DNA of 41,383 nucleotides from Spirochaetia bacterium (lineage in GTDB: Bacteria; Spirochaetota; Leptospiria; Turneriellales; JAOUOS01). The stretch is from NCBI GenBank assembly GCA_029880285.1, contig JAOUOS010000030.1, positions 1 through 41,383 of the forward strand. The letters run 5' to 3'. Positions within the stretch are counted from its first letter, which is position 1; the number at the start of each line of letters is the position of its first letter. Shown piece after piece: positions 36,896-41,383 of the stretch. Under the pieces are notes generated by a model, which saw only the letters and a list, made by a program, of their open reading frames with translations, was not told the origin of the DNA and did not search any database. The translations under genes and the position numbers were made by a program.

Positions 36896-38175
36896 TAAGA
36901 TAATTTCTGACCTATAACTTTATTCAATACTGTAAAGGTTTCAATTATATTTGGTGTTGACAAATAAATAGGTTTGGTTTTATTAAAAATTATTAATTCG
37001 ATTATACCATCTTCTTCCTCAAGATAATTATTTTCTAAAATACTTTCAATCTTTATAGTTGAATGACCCGTAGTGACAAGCTGTATTGTATTTGCAGTAA
37101 TAAAAAAATTACCTTCTTTGTCTAATGATAATTGTCTGAATTTATTTTTTATACCATTTTGTGTAAATGACTTTATAATTTTACTTTTAAGTATTCGAAC
37201 TTTATTTTCATAATAACATTTATCAGATTCTTTAATATTATTCATACTTGGACTAATCGATTTTAATGGTGAGGTAGCGATTTTTCTAATAGAACTATAT
37301 TGTTCAATAATGTGATAATATTTTGTCTGATCTGATTTTGGAATATCAAAAATATTTAAGCATGTTTTAAGAAAATGTTCTTCACTTTCATCGAGATATT
37401 TATCATCGATAAAAATTGATAATAAATTATTAATATATACAATATTAATAGATTCCCAAGTTTCTTTTGGTAAATTGTTTTTTATTTGACTAATTAAAGC
37501 TTTTTCAGAGTCATCAATAATCATGTCCTCAATAATATTAGGTATTAGTTTTGAGTATATTATTGAATAGATATATGATTTAAGCGATTTATCTTTTTTA
37601 GATTTATTATTGAGTTGCTCAATTAAATTTAAAAATTCATTATGTTTATTTTCTATAATTACGTTTTCCATTTTTTGAATGTATCTTTTTGCCTGATATT
37701 TCCTAATATATTTTGTGGGTAAATTGATGATAAAAATTAAAAAAAATATAAAACTCAATTCTGGAATATTACCTATTGCTGAAAAAATAAAAAAACCAAG
37801 AGAAAACCAAAAAGTAAATATATAGCGATAGGTGCTATTTAATTCAAATTTACCTAATTCTATGTTTTTCAACGTTAAATGATGATCATATTTATCTGTT
37901 GATTCAACGTTATGTTCTAAGCTTTGTTTAACTGAAAATGTGTCTACAGAATTAGAATTGAGGTTTGATGATAAACTTTCATTAAAATATAAACCATGTC
38001 TGCCACCTGCCACATAACTTTTACCACGACTGTCCATACCTAGCTTGAGACCTTTTATGCCAGCCGAAATGCCTATACCACTCTTAGAAAGATTGAATCT
38101 AACTGGACCCATTTTAAGAGATTTTCTCAAAAACTTACTCATTTTATAAAACCTTGAACATGTTGCATAAAACAT
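36895..38175 (-). CDS. DUF4236-domain membrane protein with TerB-like and PH-like C-terminal regions (hypothetical)
   Basis: The ORF is 426 aa. 'KSLKMGPVRFNLSKSGIGISAGIKGLKLG' matches the DUF4236 N-terminal signature. It has two TM helices (~aa 118-155). Two acidic repeats, 'IIEDMIIDDSEKALISQI' and 'IDDKYLDESEEHFLKTCL', are TerB-like. The C-terminal ~90 aa is a beta-rich segment. Confidence 0.5.
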   Translation of the reverse strand: MFYATCSRFYKMSKFLRKSLKMGPVRFNLSKSGIGISAGIKGLKLGMDSRGKSYVAGGRHGLYFNESLSSNLNSNSVDTFSVKQSLEHNVESTDKYDHHLTLKNIELGKFELNSTYRYIFTFWFSLGFFIFSAIGNIPELSFIFFLIFIINLPTKYIRKYQAKRYIQKMENVIIENKHNEFLNLIEQLNNKSKKDKSLKSYIYSIIYSKLIPNIIEDMIIDDSEKALISQIKNNLPKETWESINIVYINNLLSIFIDDKYLDESEEHFLKTCLNIFDIPKSDQTKYYHIIEQYSSIRKIATSPLKSISPSMNNIKESDKCYYENKVRILKSKIIKSFTQNGIKNKFRQLSLDKEGNFFITANTIQLVTTGHSTIKIESILENNYLEEEDGIIELIIFNKTKPIYLSTPNIIETFTVLNKVIGQKLS

Positions 38176-38357
38176 ATATATAGTAAAGAGAAATATGTAA
38201 AAAAAATTGTTATTTTTTAAGAATATAATTTTTTTTAAACAAAAAGTGCATAATGTATAGTAAAATTATTGACAATTAACCTAAAATTAAGAAAAGGCCT
38301 TATTGTATTAATAAATTTTAATAGTTGAAAAGGTTAAAATAAAAAAGAATTTATATT

Positions 38358-39782
38358 ATGAGAAAATTCTTATCTGATTTATTTGAAAATAATAATTCAA
38401 AAAGGAAAATATTTTTTGACATATTTATTAATATTTTAATTTTAATATCAGTCTATACTATTATACAAGAATATATTTATGAAAATGAAAATGAATTATT
38501 CATAATTGCAAATGATGTTTTTTTCTATATATTTGTTTTAGAATATTTTATCAGGTTATGGCTGTGTACAACGTTTATAAAAGATTATAAAGATGAAGGA
38601 TTGTCGTATGCAATAATTAATAAAATAAAATGGATTTTAAAACCGAATAGTATAATAGATTTACTTGCAATTTTACCGGATATACGCTATTTAAGATTAT
38701 TCAGAATATTTCGATTAATAAGAATTCTTCGTATCGTTCGATTATTTCGGTCTGTTCATGTCCAATCTGCAGTTGAAAGAGGCTTTTTAATATTGAGAAG
38801 TTTTCGAGAAACTACAATGCTATTTTTTTTACTATTTTTTTTCGTCTTTAGTGCACTAATTATAATTTCACTTTTCATTTATGCTTCTGAAACGAAAATT
38901 AATAAAGAGTTTTCAACTTTTTTGGATTCCATATTATACTCTTTTCAATTGGTAGATATAGTTGACGATTTACCAAAAACAGGTTGGGGAAAGCTCGGAA
39001 GTTCTTTATTGTTATTAGTTAATATGGTATTTTTTGGTATTTTTATTTCATTAATCACAACAAATGTCGAGGAGGTATTAGATAGGATGAAAAAAGGAAA
39101 ACTAGGAAAGGTAAATTATAAAAATCATATTATTCTCTGTGGATTTACTAAGTCAACAGAGGCAGTAATTAAAGAACTTTTATGTAATAAAAAGAAAAAA
39201 CCAAAAATTATTCTTATTAGTAGAAAACAAAATCCTGATATTACGGGAGTGATTTATATGAATGGTGATTTTAGCAAAATGGAGACATTGAAAAAAGCTA
39301 ATATATCTCAAGCAGCTATGGTTGTCGTTTTTACGGAAAAATTAGATGATGAAACTTATGAAGTCGTTGATATGAGAACGATGCTAACTATTTTTAATGT
39401 AGAGAAAGAAGTTCCAGAGGTACATACTGTAGCAGAAATTATTGAAACTGAAAATGGTGATATCATAAGAGAAAAAATTAAAGGCGATGAATTAATATTT
39501 AAAGAAACATTGGATGGTAATTTAATTGCTAGTTGCGTTAAACATCCTTATATCTCATCAATGATATATGATTTATTAGATACAAAAGGAAATTCAATTA
39601 AAGAATACAAAGCGATTGAATTATTAAATGCTAAAATAAAAACGGTTAAAGACATAAAAATGTATGCAATTGAAAATAATATTACATTCTTGGGATTTAT
39701 TGATGAATATAAAAAATCAAATATTAATCCTGACAATAATTTAATATTTTCTGGAAATGAAAGATTGATATTTATATGTTAA
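38358..39782 (+). CDS. voltage-sensor (6TM) ion channel with C-terminal RCK/TrkA-N domain and non-canonical selectivity filter
   Basis: The S4 helix reads 'RYLRLFRIFRLIRILRIVRLFR', with Arg at every third position. The pore loop is 'YSFQLVDIVDDLPKTGWGKLGSS', where K+ channels have 'TVGYGDMVPVTIGGKIVGS'. The RCK Rossmann sequence is 'HIILCGFTKSTEAVIKEL...ILIS...GDFSKMETLKKANISQAAMVVV'. Confidence 0.65.
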   Translation: MRKFLSDLFENNNSKRKIFFDIFINILILISVYTIIQEYIYENENELFIIANDVFFYIFVLEYFIRLWLCTTFIKDYKDEGLSYAIINKIKWILKPNSIIDLLAILPDIRYLRLFRIFRLIRILRIVRLFRSVHVQSAVERGFLILRSFRETTMLFFLLFFFVFSALIIISLFIYASETKINKEFSTFLDSILYSFQLVDIVDDLPKTGWGKLGSSLLLLVNMVFFGIFISLITTNVEEVLDRMKKGKLGKVNYKNHIILCGFTKSTEAVIKELLCNKKKKPKIILISRKQNPDITGVIYMNGDFSKMETLKKANISQAAMVVVFTEKLDDETYEVVDMRTMLTIFNVEKEVPEVHTVAEIIETENGDIIREKIKGDELIFKETLDGNLIASCVKHPYISSMIYDLLDTKGNSIKEYKAIELLNAKIKTVKDIKMYAIENNITFLGFIDEYKKSNINPDNNLIFSGNERLIFIC

Positions 39783-39958
39783 AATATATTTATAGAAAAT
39801 AATATAATATCTTTTTAGCAAAATATAATATTTTAGAAAACAGAAAACGCTATTTTGCACAACGGACGACATTTTACGATGAGTTTTGCGTTTCGCCTTA
39901 AAAACAACTTTACATTTTATCTATAGAAAGTAAATCATTTTTAGCATATAAAAAAGCG

Positions 39959-40033
39959 CAAAACCGCTAACGAAGGTTGCCGCAGGCATGCAACCCGAAA
40001 GGGAGTTCAGCTTAAAAGATTAGTTAGCAGATG
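39959..40033. repeat. GC-rich ~75-bp repeat copy A with internal palindrome GGTTGC-N9-GCAACC and flanking GCTAAC/GTTAGC inverted hexamers
   Basis: It is near-identical to copy B at ~40718-40794. The only difference is a 6-nt patch (ggagtt vs agcgcg) plus 2 extra A in copy B. It lies upstream of the toxin-antitoxin cassette. Confidence 0.7.
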
Positions 40034-40096
40034 AAACCGGCCTTTTTAAGATGTATTAACCATAAAAAAATTGCTTTCAATATTGAAATTTACACC

Positions 40097-40129
40097 TTGA
40101 CATCTTGTAAAATAAATATATATTATAAT
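40097..40129 (+). promoter_or_regulatory. sigma-70-like promoter candidate for the TA operon (TTGACA, A/T-rich -10)
   Basis: A TTGACA hexamer is followed ~16-17 nt later by TATATT/TATAAT, ~30 nt upstream of the AAGGAAG RBS and the antitoxin ATG. Confidence 0.35.
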
Positions 40130-40156
40130 CAAAGATGATATAATAAGGAAGAATTT

Positions 40157-40372
40157 ATGAGTGTAGCAGCACAGAAAATTATAGAAGAATTAGACGAATT
40201 ATCTACAGAAGATAAAGAATATGTGAAAGAAGTCTTTGATAAAATGCTAATTGAAGCAAGGCGCGAAGAAATCTATCAGAATATTCAATTAAGCGAACAA
40301 GAATACAAAGAAAGAAAAACAAAAAGTTTTGATAACGCAAATGACTTAATGAGTTCTCTAAATGAAGATTGA
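40157..40372 (+). CDS. type II antitoxin (small acidic helical protein, 'addiction module component'-like)
   Basis: The ORF is 71 aa. It overlaps the downstream RelE/ParE ORF by 11 nt. 'IIEELDELSTEDKEYVKEVFDKML' resembles the short antitoxins that pair with RelE/ParE toxins. Confidence 0.6.
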   Translation: MSVAAQKIIEELDELSTEDKEYVKEVFDKMLIEARREEIYQNIQLSEQEYKERKTKSFDNANDLMSSLNED

Positions 40373-40628
40373 TTATAGCAGCACCTTTAAAAAAGCATAT
40401 AAAAAAAGAACATCTAATCATCCTCAGCTAAAAAATCGTTTTAAAGAAAAAATGGCTCTATTTTATTCTAACCCATGGCACCCTGCTCTAAAAACACATA
40501 AGTTAGTGGGCAAACTAAAAAACTCTTACAGTTTTTCTGTCGATTATGATTGTAGGATTGTTTTTAAATTTATTTCAGATGACCATATTCTTTTAATTGA
40601 TATTGGCAAGCACGACGAAGTATATTAA
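40362..40628 (+). CDS. RelE/ParE-family type II toxin (mRNA interferase fold)
   Basis: The ORF is 88 aa. 'FKKAYKKRTSNHPQLKNRFKEKMALFYSNPWHPALKTHKLVGKLKNSYSFSVDYDCRIVFKFISDDHILLIDIGKHDEVY' matches the RelE/ParE consensus (...LxGxLxgxxsxRvGdYRiif...lxigHRkdvY). Confidence 0.85.
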   Translation: MKIDYSSTFKKAYKKRTSNHPQLKNRFKEKMALFYSNPWHPALKTHKLVGKLKNSYSFSVDYDCRIVFKFISDDHILLIDIGKHDEVY

Positions 40629-40691
40629 TTTTATCAAAGCCACAAATTAGAAAATAAAATATTAAAATGCACTTATACGAGGTGCTTCAGG

Positions 40692-40708
40692 CTCAGGGTC
40701 TGAGTTTT
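40692..40708 (+). terminator. weak intrinsic-terminator-like hairpin (CTCAG-GGT-CTGAG + TTTT)
   Basis: It sits ~65 nt after the toxin stop, at the 5' edge of repeat copy B. The stem is short (5 bp), so the call is tentative. Confidence 0.3.
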
Positions 40709-40717
40709 GCGGCAAGG

Positions 40718-40794
40718 CAAAAAACCGCTACCGAAGGTTGCCGCAGGCATGCAACCCGAAAGAGCGCGCAGCTTAAAAGATTAGTTAGCAGATG
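40718..40794. repeat. GC-rich ~77-bp repeat copy B (direct repeat of copy A)
   Basis: See copy A. It shares an upstream 'gagttttgcg' block with the 39881-39890 region. The two copies bracket the TA cassette in direct orientation. Confidence 0.7.
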
Positions 40795-40948
40795 TGACAG
40801 CCGCGAACAATCATAGAAACAATTATTGTATATTTTAAATAAAATGGAAAAATATTGATTATTTCTTCAAAAAAGGCGAAAAAATAGGTAATTTTACCTA
40901 TGAAATTATGAAATTATAAAATTTTAATAAAAAGTTATTGCATTTTTC

Positions 40949-40963
40949 AAAAAAAAAAAAAAA
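40949..40963. repeat. homopolymeric A15 tract in the promoter region of the downstream lipoprotein gene
   Basis: Read from the sequence. It lies ~35 nt upstream of the lipoprotein ATG, between a TTGCAT -35-like hexamer and the AGGAG RBS. Confidence 0.8.
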
Positions 40964-40997
40964 TAGTGTCTCTAAAATAATTAAACAGGAGATATTC

Positions 40998-41383
40998 ATG
41001 ACAAAAAAACTAATTTCAATGATTTTTCTTATTGGTGCGCTTTCATTTATAAATTGCGCTTCAGAAGAAGCGCCAGTAGACGAAACACCGGGAAAAACAG
41101 ACGCACAGTCTGTTACAGATGATAAAGCGGCCCTTGACTTTGCCGATTTCACATTTGGAACAGGTGACAGCGAAACTTCGGTAACGCAAAATATTGGCTT
41201 ACCGGCTGCGGGTTCAAGCGGCACAACGATCACTTGGGCGGCGGCATATACTTCAGGGGGTGCAGATGCCTCTGGCGTAATAGCTTCTGACGGTACAGTG
41301 ACAAGACCTGCCTTTGGCGCAGGCGACGCTGTTATTACGCTTACTGCGACGATAGAGAAAAACGGCGTATCAGAGACAAAAAC
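40998..41383 (+). CDS. lipoprotein, partial (runs off 3' end of window); repeat-domain surface protein-like
   Basis: An AGGAG RBS lies 8 nt upstream. The signal peptide plus lipobox reads 'MTKKLISMIFLIGALSFINC|AS'. The frame stays open to the window end and is not in the ORF track because it has no stop. 'TTITW...GVIASDGTVTRPAFGAGDAVITLTATI' resembles Ig-like surface-protein repeats. G+C is markedly higher than the rest of the window. Confidence 0.6.
   Translation, partial: MTKKLISMIFLIGALSFINCASEEAPVDETPGKTDAQSVTDDKAALDFADFTFGTGDSETSVTQNIGLPAAGSSGTTITWAAAYTSGGADASGVIASDGTVTRPAFGAGDAVITLTATIEKNGVSETK

Noticed and set aside
39959-40794. Interpreting the two GC-rich repeats as bona fide integron attC sites (a TA gene cassette of a chromosomal integron)
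   Set aside because: The outer hexamers (CGCTAAC / GTTAGCA) match the RYYYAAC / GTTRRRY core sites only 5/7 each. The spacing between outer and inner inverted repeats is strongly asymmetric (4 nt vs ~27 nt), unlike canonical attC. No intI is in the window. The idea is kept only as an analogy in the finding.
39548-41233. Minus-strand ORFs 39548..39736, 40203..40421 and 40898..41233
   Set aside because: The first two are antisense to the channel and TA genes. 40898..41233 is antisense to the RBS-preceded, lipobox-bearing plus-strand lipoprotein frame that stays open to the window end.
1-41383. tRNA/rRNA genes, CRISPR arrays, IS elements, prophage integrases
   Set aside because: No cloverleaf-compatible GC-rich ~75-nt segments, no regularly spaced direct repeats with unique spacers, and no transposase, integrase or recombinase ORFs were seen. 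The only repeats are those listed above.

Overview
This is an AT-rich window, roughly 30% G+C by eye (not computed), from a diderm, flagellated bacterium. Coding is dense, on both strands, and mostly housekeeping. In order it contains: ileS; a PAS sensor with a degenerate histidine-kinase core; a putative ADP-heptose module (a GmhB/heptose-1-P adenylyltransferase fusion, a fructosamine-kinase-family kinase and a small Zn-ribbon ORF); ssb; mazG; an M23 peptidase; two SAM methyltransferases; mlaEFD; a CcmH-like protein; a contiguous flagellar block (flgB-flgC-fliE-fliF-fliG-fliH-fliI-fliJ, a small ORF, a FlbB/YlxF-like gene) followed by a 625-aa Maf-like (DUF115) gene; gcvPB; an SPFH protein; a polyprenyl synthase; an outer-membrane beta-barrel protein; a GGDEF cyclase; coaD; a HemY-like oxidase; lipA; a degenerate GGDEF-like protein; apt; a hemW-like radical-SAM gene; a GIY-YIG protein; a DUF4236 membrane protein; a voltage-sensor/RCK ion channel with a non-K+ pore signature; a RelE/ParE-type toxin-antitoxin pair; and the 5' part of a lipoprotein gene. 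No rRNA, tRNA, CRISPR array, transposase or integrase was recognised. The most unusual structure is the last ~4.6 kb (36.8-41.4 kb). It holds three short GC-rich islands in an otherwise AT-rich sequence. Two of them are ~75-bp near-identical direct repeats, each with an internal palindrome, and they bracket the toxin-antitoxin cassette. Next to these are an atypical channel gene, a poly-A15 tract, and a lipoprotein gene whose GC content is clearly higher than the rest of the window. Coordinates located by hand rather than from the ORF track are approximate (+/- 2 nt).
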